A stretch of DNA of 64,000 nucleotides from Acidobacteriota bacterium (GTDB lineage Bacteria; Acidobacteriota; CAIWXX01): the NCBI GenBank assembly GCA_040755995.1, contig JBFMAF010000033.1:1-64000 (forward strand), in the 5' to 3' direction. This document shows positions 18,725 to 27,498 of the stretch, piece after piece. Position numbers and translations under genes: made by a program. The notes under the pieces were generated by a model that was given only the letters and a program-made list of their open reading frames with translations, was not told where the DNA came from and made no database searches. Each line of letters starts with the position of its first letter. Position 1 is the stretch's first letter.

Positions 18725-19743
18725 GTGCCGCGAGTGCCCTTCCCGCCGGCGCCCTCGGCGGGCCAGATGTCGAAGAAGTTGAACCACTGCTCATGGTGCT
18801 GGTGGCAGCATTTTTCCAAAAAGGCCACTGCGCGGACGAGCCCGTGGCGCAAGTCTGCGTCACGGTCGCCGGTGTGCGGCAGGCGTATCGGATCCCCCAT
18901 GGCTACGCGGTATCGCAGCCAGCCCTTCCGCACGACGACGCACGGCAGCACAGGCGCGCCGGAGAAGTAGGCCAGGAAGAACGGCCCCAGCGGGAACGAA
19001 GCCGGCTCGCCCAAGAACGGTACCCAAGCACACGACGAATTATATGTACGGTCTCCCTGCATCGCAACGATGTCATTGGCTCGAAGCGCGTATAGAAGCC
19101 GCACGGATGCGAGCGGATCATCGTTGAGCGCCACGATCTCGAGACGCTCGTTTGCCATGAGATCCCTGAGCGTGATCTCGGCAGGGTTGTCTGTTTCCAC
19201 GACTCGCGCCTCGTACACCCGCCGTCCGTGCAGTTCCAGCAGGCGAGAGCCGTACTCGTAGTTGCCGATGTGCGCCGTCCAGACTATAAGCCCGTTTCCT
19301 TCGGCAAGGCAGCCGTCGATCGTGCCGGCGCCGCGTTCGGGGTCGGCCAGCATGGACAAAAGGCTGGAATCATCCGCTCGCGGTACATAGCAATACGACA
19401 CCATGAAATCACAGTATGAATAGAATATCTTGAATGCCTTGTACCGCAGCCACAGCCGGCCGTGTGGGCCGAGCCGCATAAGGTTTCTCATCAGCGCCGC
19501 CCGCTCCCTCCTCAGAACCACGAAGAAGATCATCGCGGTCACGGCGGCGATCGGGGGATGTATGAAGCGGGGCAGCCTGGGGATCGTCGAAAAGACCAGG
19601 CGCAGGAAGAAAGGTGTGTGGTATCCGTGATCGTACCATCTGACCTGCCCCGGCGAATCGGCCTGCGCCTGCGAAGTCGTGTTCACGAGCACTGGTGGAA
19701 AGCGAGCGGAGGGCGTGCCCGGGGCTCCGCGCGGCCCGCTCAT
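18721..19743 (-). CDS. LpxL/lysophospholipid-family acyltransferase
   Basis: TAHIGNYE, QGDR, PFLGEPASFP.GP, QWFNFFDIW. Confidence 0.85.
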   Translation of the reverse strand: MSGPRGAPGTPSARFPPVLVNTTSQAQADSPGQVRWYDHGYHTPFFLRLVFSTIPRLPRFIHPPIAAVTAMIFFVVLRRERAALMRNLMRLGPHGRLWLRYKAFKIFYSYCDFMVSYCYVPRADDSSLLSMLADPERGAGTIDGCLAEGNGLIVWTAHIGNYEYGSRLLELHGRRVYEARVVETDNPAEITLRDLMANERLEIVALNDDPLASVRLLYALRANDIVAMQGDRTYNSSCAWVPFLGEPASFPLGPFFLAYFSGAPVLPCVVVRKGWLRYRVAMGDPIRLPHTGDRDADLRHGLVRAVAFLEKCCHQHHEQWFNFFDIWPAEGAGGKGTRGT

Positions 19744-21221
19744 GCCGCTCCTTCCTGGAGGAGCCCCCGGAGATCCGGAACGACCCTTCGCTTGAGCACC
19801 GAGTACATGTGCGCGATCTCGGTCTCGGAGTATCCGACACCCATGAGCGTCTTCACCGCTTCGGCGACGGCATTCCGGTTGCTCAGCCCGAATCGCTCGT
19901 GGTACTCGATCAGCACGCTCGTCATCTGCGATTGCGAGAGCGTCGGAGTGCCGATCGGAAGGTCATTGTACGAGCACTCGCTGCCCGCCTCGATCCTCTG
20001 AGGGTCCCAGCCGGCATCCCTTGCCTGCTGGACGATCTCGCATTTTGGAAAGACCCGCAGACAGAAATGATACGGGAGCACTGACGGTTTAGGCAGGCGC
20101 CCGAGCCAGTCCAGCGTCTGCCGCGCCTGCTCGTAAGTCTCGGTCGGGAAGCCGAACATGGTCGAGATATTCACCACAACTCCCCGCTCCTGCGTGTAGC
20201 CGATGATCTTCGCAGCCTTGTCCAGATCCACTCTCTTGCGGATGAGCCGCTGGAGATCCTCGCTTCCCGTCTCGACGGCGTACGTAAACCAGATCGCTCC
20301 CGCCTCGATCGCGCGATCCACGAACTCCTCGTCGACAATGTCGGCGCGCAGCCCGTTCGAGAAGTACAGCCGTACCTTCAGCCCGTCCGACCCGATCGAC
20401 CGGAAAAGGTCGAGTGCCCGCTGCGCTTTGACGTTGAATATGTCGTCGATGATATAGAAGTCCTCGATGCCGAACCGCTCGTGGAGATCCACCATCTCGC
20501 GGTAGACGTTGTCCGCGCTGCGCAGCCGCACGCTCTTCCAGTGGCTGAAGCAGAAGGCGCAGGAATACGGGCAGCCGCGACTGGTCAGCAGGACCCCCTG
20601 GCGGCGATGGTTGTAAGAATAGCTGAGCTGCGTGGCGTAGTGGTCCAGGTCCACCAGGTCGTATGCGGGAAACGGGAGCTCGTCAATCGCCGGAATCTCT
20701 CCAGCGTCGGGCGCCTCCACGACGTCCTCGCCGGATCTATGGATGACCCCGGGCAGGCCGGCGATGGCGTGCCCCGCAAGGATGCTCGCGAGCGTCCGCT
20801 CCCCCTCGCCCTTCACCGCCACGTCGATCTCCGGGCACTCGCGAAGAAGATCGCAGCCCATCGCACGCACAATTGGGCCGCCCGCTACGATCAGCGCATC
20901 CGACGACGCCCGCGTGAGAGATGCAATTCGCCTCAGCTCGCGAGCGAAGAAGTTGATCGACCGTATCCCCACTACGTCAGGCCGGAAGCTCTCCACGGTC
21001 CTTAGGTACTCTTCGTCCCCGGCACAGTGCAGGGACGACTCCACGATGCGGATCTCCACGCCATTGACCGCTTCTCGCGCATAGGCCGCAAGATACATGA
21101 GCCCGATCGGAGGGATGTGCACCTCGTACGGCATCCCTGCCCCGACCCACGCGTCCATGTCGTTGGCCTCCACAAGCAGTACACGCGGCCCGGACGACCC
21201 GCCCAGCTTCCAACTACTCAT
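19740..21221 (-). CDS. B12-binding radical SAM protein (no. 3)
   Basis: PPIGLMYLAAY, AGGP, GEGE, RGCPYSCAFC, FGFPTET; ATG 21221 overlaps the upstream stop. Confidence 0.9.
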   Translation of the reverse strand: MSSWKLGGSSGPRVLLVEANDMDAWVGAGMPYEVHIPPIGLMYLAAYAREAVNGVEIRIVESSLHCAGDEEYLRTVESFRPDVVGIRSINFFARELRRIASLTRASSDALIVAGGPIVRAMGCDLLRECPEIDVAVKGEGERTLASILAGHAIAGLPGVIHRSGEDVVEAPDAGEIPAIDELPFPAYDLVDLDHYATQLSYSYNHRRQGVLLTSRGCPYSCAFCFSHWKSVRLRSADNVYREMVDLHERFGIEDFYIIDDIFNVKAQRALDLFRSIGSDGLKVRLYFSNGLRADIVDEEFVDRAIEAGAIWFTYAVETGSEDLQRLIRKRVDLDKAAKIIGYTQERGVVVNISTMFGFPTETYEQARQTLDWLGRLPKPSVLPYHFCLRVFPKCEIVQQARDAGWDPQRIEAGSECSYNDLPIGTPTLSQSQMTSVLIEYHERFGLSNRNAVAEAVKTLMGVGYSETEIAHMYSVLKRRVVPDLRGLLQEGAA

Positions 21222-22435
21222 GCTGTGCCGCTCCCGTCCCTCGTCCAGGGCGAGGTTTCGTCGCTTGGCGACGCTCTCTCTCCGACAAAGACGACATGCG
21301 CCAGCGGCAGCCTGTTCACCATCTGCTGCTGCCTCACCGTAAGACCGGCGCTCTCGAGCGCCCGGCGATACTCGCCGGCCGGCAGCACCACAGGCGGTCT
21401 GCCGGTCCCCGACGCCTTGAAGAGGATCCGATCCAGACCGAGCGCAACCGCGGACCGGCCGCCTCGGGTTAGTTCGTGAACCCGGAAGATCAACTTGCCG
21501 CCGGGCGCGAGGGCCGCGCAGCAACGGTCGAGCAGCCGCAGCTGCTCGGACGCGTCCAGGTACTGGAGCACGTCGATGATCATGATCAGGCCGGCATCGG
21601 AGAGCTCGAGCTCGCGCGCGTCCGCGATGCTGAGCCGGGCACCAAGCGGGGCCAGGGCAGTTGCGGCTGCCTCGATCCGACTGCCATCGAGATCGCAACC
21701 GACCAGGGACCGGCCGGGCTCGGAGTGCCACGCGAAGGCCAATGCGATCCCGTCGCCGCAGCCGAGATCGACCGCCGGACCCTTGCCGAGATCCGCAGTG
21801 GCCAGGAAATCGAATATTCGATCGAGGCGCATTTTCAAAGCGACGCGAAGACGAACGGACGCCTTCGTTCCATTGAAAAGCGACCTGACATGCCTGCGCC
21901 GTTCCGCAAGCGCGCGGGCGCTCGTGCCCTGTGAACGAAGCCGAAAGGCGAAGTAGACCGGCACCGCTGCGGCCAATCCGAGTGCCACGCCCAGGACGAT
22001 GCTCCCGAGCACCCAGCTCCAGAGGAATCCGGCCACACCGACGGCCTGCACGTCGGAGAGCGACATGTTGATGAACGAGCCGTGGAGCAGGGCATAGCCC
22101 GTCTGGACGGAGAAGAGAATCAGAAACGGCTGCAGGAAAGGGTTGTTTATGAATGTCGCTGCGTAGGTCAGGGGCTTGTTGAGCCGAAGCACGATAGCGA
22201 GGCCTATGGCAACGAGCGATTGCAGCCCGTAGATCGGAACCACGCCCACGAACACACCGAGAAACGCTGCTGCCGCGGCACGGCGCGGCTGCAGACCTTC
22301 GTTCATGAGATCTCCGAGCAGCCCGCGGATGTTTCGCAGAAAGATCCGGGGCGGGCGCCGGTCGGGCGTCTCGTCCGGGCGAGCTACCTCGGAGGTCGCG
22401 TCGACAGGGTGCGGCTGCATTTCCCGGTCCACCAT
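21218..22435 (-). CDS. DUF2062 membrane domain fused to a class I SAM methyltransferase
   Basis: P.R.AAA.FLGVFVGVVPIYG.Q...LRLNK...NNP (DUF2062) followed by VDLGCGDG and IDVLQY. Confidence 0.8.
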   Translation of the reverse strand: MVDREMQPHPVDATSEVARPDETPDRRPPRIFLRNIRGLLGDLMNEGLQPRRAAAAAFLGVFVGVVPIYGLQSLVAIGLAIVLRLNKPLTYAATFINNPFLQPFLILFSVQTGYALLHGSFINMSLSDVQAVGVAGFLWSWVLGSIVLGVALGLAAAVPVYFAFRLRSQGTSARALAERRRHVRSLFNGTKASVRLRVALKMRLDRIFDFLATADLGKGPAVDLGCGDGIALAFAWHSEPGRSLVGCDLDGSRIEAAATALAPLGARLSIADARELELSDAGLIMIIDVLQYLDASEQLRLLDRCCAALAPGGKLIFRVHELTRGGRSAVALGLDRILFKASGTGRPPVVLPAGEYRRALESAGLTVRQQQMVNRLPLAHVVFVGERASPSDETSPWTRDGSGTA

Positions 22436-22439
22436 GGGC

Positions 22440-22865
22440 TCAGGTGACGACAAGCGAAAGCTCCCCCTTGGCCACCACCTCGCCGGAAACCCGTATGACG
22501 GCGTCGATGCATGCCATCGGGCTCGATGCCGCCGTCAGGCGGACTTCGATAGTGAGCTCGGACCCCGGCGCGACCGGCTTGAGGAACTTGAACCGGTTCA
22601 CCGCCACCAGAAGGTGGTCGCCGGCGGCGGCGCCCTCGGCTCGGCCGGCCGCCTGAAGCACGGCGGCCGTCTGAGCCGCTGCCTCGATGAGGAAAACTCC
22701 TGGCAGCACGGACCTGCCCGGGAAATGTCCCGCGAAGAACTGCTCATCCGGGTCGATGTACTTCAAGGCAACGCACCTCTTCCCCGGCTCAACCTCGACC
22801 ACGCGGTCGATCCACAGAAACGGCGGTCGATGTGGTATCAGAGAAAGGATTTCGTTCTTGTCCAA
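22440..22865 (-). CDS. fabZ: 3-hydroxyacyl-ACP dehydratase
   Basis: IPHRPPFLWIDRV, FFAGHFPG..VLPGV.LIEAAAQ, F.KPV.PG. Confidence 0.9.
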   Translation of the reverse strand: MDKNEILSLIPHRPPFLWIDRVVEVEPGKRCVALKYIDPDEQFFAGHFPGRSVLPGVFLIEAAAQTAAVLQAAGRAEGAAAGDHLLVAVNRFKFLKPVAPGSELTIEVRLTAASSPMACIDAVIRVSGEVVAKGELSLVVT

Positions 22866-23552
22866 CTACCTCGCTCCTTGCGGCAGGTACAGGTCGAACA
22901 GCTTCGGGTCAAGAGGCGAGTTCACCGATTCGATCTCTACCCGGTAGACGCTGTTCACGCCGTTCTTCCCGTCCACCTCCAGAAGCCGCAGCATGAAGCT
23001 GCCCTTGTCCAGATCGACTCTGATGTAGTTGACCCTCTGCCTGAATCGTTCCGACCGCGGAACCAGATTCAGGTGATAGGCGGCCTGATCCTCGCCGGCC
23101 GAGATATTGAAACTCGCTTTCAAGTTTGCGAGCGAGCTATCGGAGCTGAAGTACTTCTGTGCCCTCCTCACCTGGTCGCCTACCCTGATGACCTCCGTGT
23201 TCTTCTTCTCCCTGCCAGTCGTGACGTTCAGGTAGTCGCCGCTGTAGATGATGCGCATGGCGTCGGGGTCCGTGTATTCCAGGCGGAACTTGTCGGTTCC
23301 CGAGGCATGGAATATGCCGTGAAAGACCACAGGTCGTACGAAGAGCCTGGATGTCCGCGTTTCGGTAACCGTACCGGACCAGGTGGAATTCCTCTTCTGC
23401 GCCGCCTGAACGCCCTGCCAGACGCGGTCCAGCAGCTCATCACTCCCGGCCGGGGCTGCGGCGCCGAGATGAGCGTGGGTCCCAAAAGCCACGACGACAA
23501 TCGGGAAAGCAAGGCGCGACCGAACGGTGCGTCTCATCCATCGATCTTCCAC
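22866..23552 (-). CDS. LolA-family outer-membrane lipoprotein carrier
   Basis: Signal peptide; FRLEYTDPD, LNLVPRS, C-terminal NSPLDPKLFDL..P. Confidence 0.8.
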   Translation of the reverse strand: MEDRWMRRTVRSRLAFPIVVVAFGTHAHLGAAAPAGSDELLDRVWQGVQAAQKRNSTWSGTVTETRTSRLFVRPVVFHGIFHASGTDKFRLEYTDPDAMRIIYSGDYLNVTTGREKKNTEVIRVGDQVRRAQKYFSSDSSLANLKASFNISAGEDQAAYHLNLVPRSERFRQRVNYIRVDLDKGSFMLRLLEVDGKNGVNSVYRVEIESVNSPLDPKLFDLYLPQGAR

Positions 23553-23598
23553 GTCACTGGATTCTATACAGCGTGCAACCGGTGCACAACAGGGACGA

Positions 23599-24309
23599 CT
23601 ACAGCCCGAAGTATCGAAAAAAGAGCGACCAGAAGCAGATGCGGACGGTGTCGCGGACTGGGTTCATTTTGGATCGTGCCTTGCCTCCGTCGTAGACGAG
23701 GCTCACCGGCGCGTGCGCGACCGTCGCGCCGGACCTGCAGAGCTTCAGCAGGATCTCCATTTCGATCTCGTACTTGCGCGACCTGAGTTTCAGCGGCCGG
23801 AGCTTCTCCAGGCTGACCAGGCGAAATCCGCACTGGCTATCCTTGACGGTAGTTCCTGCGAGGCGGGACGCGAGTTTGCTGCCGACGCTGTTGGAGAAGT
23901 GCCGCTCGGCAGGCATGAGGCGCTTGTCGAAATTGCGGGCGCCTATGACGATGTCGGCCCCGGTCTGCAGCGCTGTCTTGACGAGGGACGGGATCTCGTC
24001 GGGGCGGTGTTGGCCGTCGGCGTCCATGAACAGGACGTGGCTGAAGGCGCAGTCGCAAAGATGGGCGAGGCCCCGGCGGACTGCGGCACCCTTGCCCTGA
24101 TTGCTGACCTGCAGAAGGCAGGTGGCTCCCGCTGCTTCCGCGGCTTCTGCTGTGCCGTCGTTCGAGCCGTCGTCCACGACCAGCACCGATGACACGTGGT
24201 CCAGCGCGCCGCGGACGACCGAGCCGATCGTCTCGGCCTCGTTGTAGGCGGGGATGAGGGCGCAGATCGACATCGTTGCCGGCGCGTGGGGCTGCGAATT
24301 GGAGTTCAT
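23599..24309 (-). CDS. GT2-family glycosyltransferase (DPM1-like)
   Basis: IPAYNE, VDDGSND, NQGKGAA, MDADGQH, DSQCGFR. Confidence 0.9.
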   Translation of the reverse strand: MNSNSQPHAPATMSICALIPAYNEAETIGSVVRGALDHVSSVLVVDDGSNDGTAEAAEAAGATCLLQVSNQGKGAAVRRGLAHLCDCAFSHVLFMDADGQHRPDEIPSLVKTALQTGADIVIGARNFDKRLMPAERHFSNSVGSKLASRLAGTTVKDSQCGFRLVSLEKLRPLKLRSRKYEIEMEILLKLCRSGATVAHAPVSLVYDGGKARSKMNPVRDTVRICFWSLFFRYFGL

Positions 24310-24310
24310 C

Positions 24311-25066
24311 TCAGACCAGGACGAATTCGTAGCCGCGGGCTCTCAGCTCGTCGATGAGCAGCGGGAGCACGTCGAGCATCCCGGTGGATGCGGCCATCGC
24401 GTTGTCGTGCAGAAGGACGATGTCTCCGGGCTGGACCCGGGCGAGCACCCGCGCGACTATGTTGGCAGGCTTGCGAGCGATTGTATCGAACGTCCGGAGT
24501 CGCCAGGACACGTACTCGAGGCCGTAGCGCGCGAGATAGCGGCTGAGCAATGGATGCTTCAAGCCAACGGGGGACCTGAAGTGCCGGGGGCGCGTTCCGC
24601 AGTGCAGTGCAAGGGCCTCCTGTGTCCTCTGGATCTCGTCGCGCAGTCTGCCGGGCGAAAGGAAGCAGAAGAGCGGTGGATGCGAATACGTGTGGTTGGC
24701 GACAAGATGCCCATCTCCTACGATCCGCCGCATCAGATCGGGCTGCTGGGCGGCCCGTTGGCCGACGATGAAAAACGTCGCGCGCACGTTCTTCTCCCGT
24801 AGAATGTCCAGGAGCCGGCCCGTTTGATACGAGTTCGGCCCGTCGTCGAACGTCAGGGCCACGCAAGGTCTGCTGCAGTCGACGTGCGCGCGGTTTTGCA
24901 TCAGCAGCTGCGAGCGCGGGTGGAGCAGCGCGTAGACGGCAGCCGCGTTGCCCGCGACGCACACCGTCACGCACACCAGGATTCTCATCGGCTGCGGAGG
25001 GGAGGCGATGAGCCAGATGCCGTTTGCAACAAGCACCAGTACAGCAAACGCACCGGCTCTCATCAC
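24311..25066 (-). CDS. Polysaccharide deacetylase (CE4/NodB) family protein
   Basis: ALTFDDGP, NHTYSH, FRSPVG, IVLLHD; N-terminal membrane segments. Confidence 0.9.
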   Translation of the reverse strand: MMRAGAFAVLVLVANGIWLIASPPQPMRILVCVTVCVAGNAAAVYALLHPRSQLLMQNRAHVDCSRPCVALTFDDGPNSYQTGRLLDILREKNVRATFFIVGQRAAQQPDLMRRIVGDGHLVANHTYSHPPLFCFLSPGRLRDEIQRTQEALALHCGTRPRHFRSPVGLKHPLLSRYLARYGLEYVSWRLRTFDTIARKPANIVARVLARVQPGDIVLLHDNAMAASTGMLDVLPLLIDELRARGYEFVLV

Positions 25067-25127
25067 GCCAATCTCCTTTCAGGCATGAGAACGCCGATAG
25101 GCGAGGGAGGACGGCGAATGAGTGCCT

Positions 25128-26561
25128 TCAAGGCGCGTCGGCCGGCTGCGAGCACGGAAGGCGATGATCCCTCAGGTACGCCCTTGGATCCATGAGTCTC
25201 TGCGTTCTCATCATGATCCGCATCATTCTTGGGACCTGTGACGGTCGGACCCCCCTGAGCCAGCTCCACCACTTCTTCCTGCCACCCAGGTGGAGAACGC
25301 TTCGCCGCCATGTCTCGCAGTAGAGCTCGAAGAACTTCTCTGCCGGGAGTCTTGGCTGCCACAACAGATGATGCAGGTCATACAGGCTCCAGTCGAAGAC
25401 TTCCACCTTCTCCCGCATGCTCTCGAAGTAGTGTGTGCCCGGCAACGGCGTGAGGATCGTGAACCCGACCCGGTACAGCTTGTGCTCATCGAGGAAGTCC
25501 CACAGCGCCGCGAAATCATCCTCGGTGTAGTCGGGGTTTATGATGAAGTTGCCGGTCACACCAAACCCGAGACGGCGGGCCGTGCGCACAGCCTCTACGG
25601 TGCTGGCCACGTCGAAATCCTTGTTCAACGAGTCCAGCCCGGCATGAGTCGGGGACTCGAAACCGAAGAAGATATCGAAGTCCCGCGCCAGCGGCCTCCA
25701 GAGCTCCAGCAGCTCTCCGCCGCCGGCGACCAGGTCGACCCGCGACTGCACCAGCATCCACGCCTTGCGCTCGGGCGATGCCAGCAGGGCCCGCGCAAGA
25801 TCCGTGCTGCGCTCCTTCTCCGCCCAGAAGATGTCGTCGATCACGAACACGTTGTGGCCGACGGCCTCGAAGTCCTTCCTCACGTTCGCGGCAGAATGGA
25901 ACCTGGTGGTCCCCTTGTAGAACTGCCAGACGGAACAGAACCTGCAGCGATACGGGCAGCCCCGCGTCGTTTCCATCGTCCACACCGGCATGTAGTTGAG
26001 ACAGCAGTAGTGCCGTTGGTAGCGAGCGACCAGCGAGTGGTCGGGCGGTGCGACGCTTCCGAGATCCTGAGGGCCGCTGTTCTCTTTCGGCCGCTGAAAC
26101 ACGCCTCCGGTCGGTCGCGTCATTGCGGACGGTACGCCCTCGACCGACCCGCGCGCCTGAAGCGCCTCGCATAGGTCGCCCATCACGCGCTCCCCTTCGC
26201 CGATGCAGATCGTGTCAACACCCTCGGCGTCGGCCAACGCGGTCGGATAGGCCGACGCGGCGTGTCCCCCGACCACCACGTGAATCGAGTGGTCGAATTC
26301 CCTGATCTCGCGAGCCAGGCGCGCGGTAGCCGGCGCGTCCAGAATGTGCACGCACGAGATCCCCGCGACCTGCGGCCGCTCGCGCTCCAGCAACCCCCGT
26401 ATCGCCGCGCCCTCGAAACGCAAGTCGACGAGGGATACGGAGTGACCGCGGGATTGAATCGCGGCGGCAACGTACTCGAGGCCGAGCGGCTCGGTCTGGA
26501 AGAACGGAGCCAGGCCGAACTGCACCGAGCCCGGATGAGGCTTGATCAGGAGAACCTTCAC
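25128..26561 (-). CDS. B12-binding radical SAM protein (no. 4), resembling HpnR-type lipid methylases
   Basis: EPLGLEY, VGGHAAS, GEGE, RGCPYRCRFCSVW.FY, GFES, LTPLPGT; start GTG 26561 or 26570. Confidence 0.85.
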   Translation of the reverse strand: MKVLLIKPHPGSVQFGLAPFFQTEPLGLEYVAAAIQSRGHSVSLVDLRFEGAAIRGLLERERPQVAGISCVHILDAPATARLAREIREFDHSIHVVVGGHAASAYPTALADAEGVDTICIGEGERVMGDLCEALQARGSVEGVPSAMTRPTGGVFQRPKENSGPQDLGSVAPPDHSLVARYQRHYCCLNYMPVWTMETTRGCPYRCRFCSVWQFYKGTTRFHSAANVRKDFEAVGHNVFVIDDIFWAEKERSTDLARALLASPERKAWMLVQSRVDLVAGGGELLELWRPLARDFDIFFGFESPTHAGLDSLNKDFDVASTVEAVRTARRLGFGVTGNFIINPDYTEDDFAALWDFLDEHKLYRVGFTILTPLPGTHYFESMREKVEVFDWSLYDLHHLLWQPRLPAEKFFELYCETWRRSVLHLGGRKKWWSWLRGVRPSQVPRMMRIMMRTQRLMDPRAYLRDHRLPCSQPADAP

Positions 26562-26607
26562 CGTATCCACCCGATTCCCGGCAGCCGCCCCAAGTCCATC
26601 GCCCGGC

Positions 26608-26616
26608 AGTATACCA
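26608..26616 (-). promoter_or_regulatory. Extended -10 element for the lipid cluster
   Basis: Minus strand TGGTATACT about 40-50 nt upstream of the first cluster gene. Confidence 0.45.
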
Positions 26617-26884
26617 CTGCCTTGCGGGGCCAGGAATACGCAGCGGAGCACGGCATTCGGCTGGCACCGATTGAGGCTCGAGCTGGACGAGGCTCTCCGA
26701 TCGGAGAGAGCTTCTATCCTACCGGAGAGCCGTGCGCCACCATGCGTCACGAATCCTATGAACTTCCCCTGGCGCAGGCTTCGCACTATCTACGCCGCAC
26801 GGTTGAATCGGCGCTTCGCCGAGGTGCTTGCACCTGCTGGCACGCGGCTTGCTTGGTGTATGGTTGGAAAGGAAGGAGGCAAAC

Positions 26885-27373
26885 ATGCAACGTATAACCG
26901 CGTCGCTTCTTCTAGCCGCAATGACGGGCGTGCTCTCGGTGTCGCTCCAGGCAGAAGAGCCGAAGGAACAGTCCTGGGTGAACCTCGAGTCGCTGCGAAT
27001 CGGAGACCAGATCGAGGTCGTGGACACGAGCTCGAGCTCGAAAACAGGCTCGTTCCTGGGCTTTTCGGACGAAGCAATCTCGCTCAAGATTCGTGACGAG
27101 AGTCTGAAGGTTCCGCGATTCGACGTCGTGCGCGTGAAATCACGGGAGCATTCGAGGCGCTGGCGAAACGCGCTGATTGGCGCAGCCATCGGAGCCGGCG
27201 CTGGGCTTGTGGCCGGGATACTCGCCGGCGAGAACTACCATGAGAGTGGTGAAACCGGTCTCTTCCTGCTGATCACGCTCCCTGTCGGTGCTGGCGCAGG
27301 CGCGGCGACCGGAGCGGCATTCCCGAGCTATCCCGATGTCTACAAGCGCCCCAGCGGCTCCCCGGCCCCCTGA
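26885..27373 (+). CDS. Exported hypothetical protein with glycine-zipper membrane segments
   Basis: GGAGG RBS; signal peptide; GAAIGAGAG and GAGAGAATGA. Confidence 0.75.
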   Translation: MQRITASLLLAAMTGVLSVSLQAEEPKEQSWVNLESLRIGDQIEVVDTSSSSKTGSFLGFSDEAISLKIRDESLKVPRFDVVRVKSREHSRRWRNALIGAAIGAGAGLVAGILAGENYHESGETGLFLLITLPVGAGAGAATGAAFPSYPDVYKRPSGSPAP

Positions 27374-27441
27374 TCGCTCTCGCGGGACGATGCGCGGTCA
27401 AACTGCGCTGGTCCTCCCGTCCTCGTCCTCCCGGTAAGCAC

Positions 27442-27470
27442 TTGACCCTCTCGCTCCCGGGGCGTATCTT
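27442..27470 (+). promoter_or_regulatory. Putative sigma70 promoter
   Basis: TTGACC-17 nt-TATCTT. Confidence 0.45.
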
Positions 27471-27498
27471 TAGTGCAGTCGTCTTCCCTGGAGTCTCG

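Noticed and set aside
13162..26561. Calling the cluster a standard aryl polyene cluster
   Set aside because: No aryl/acyl-AMP ligase, thioesterase or MMPL exporter seen in the window, and five radical SAMs are not part of that pathway; similarity is limited to shared accessory genes
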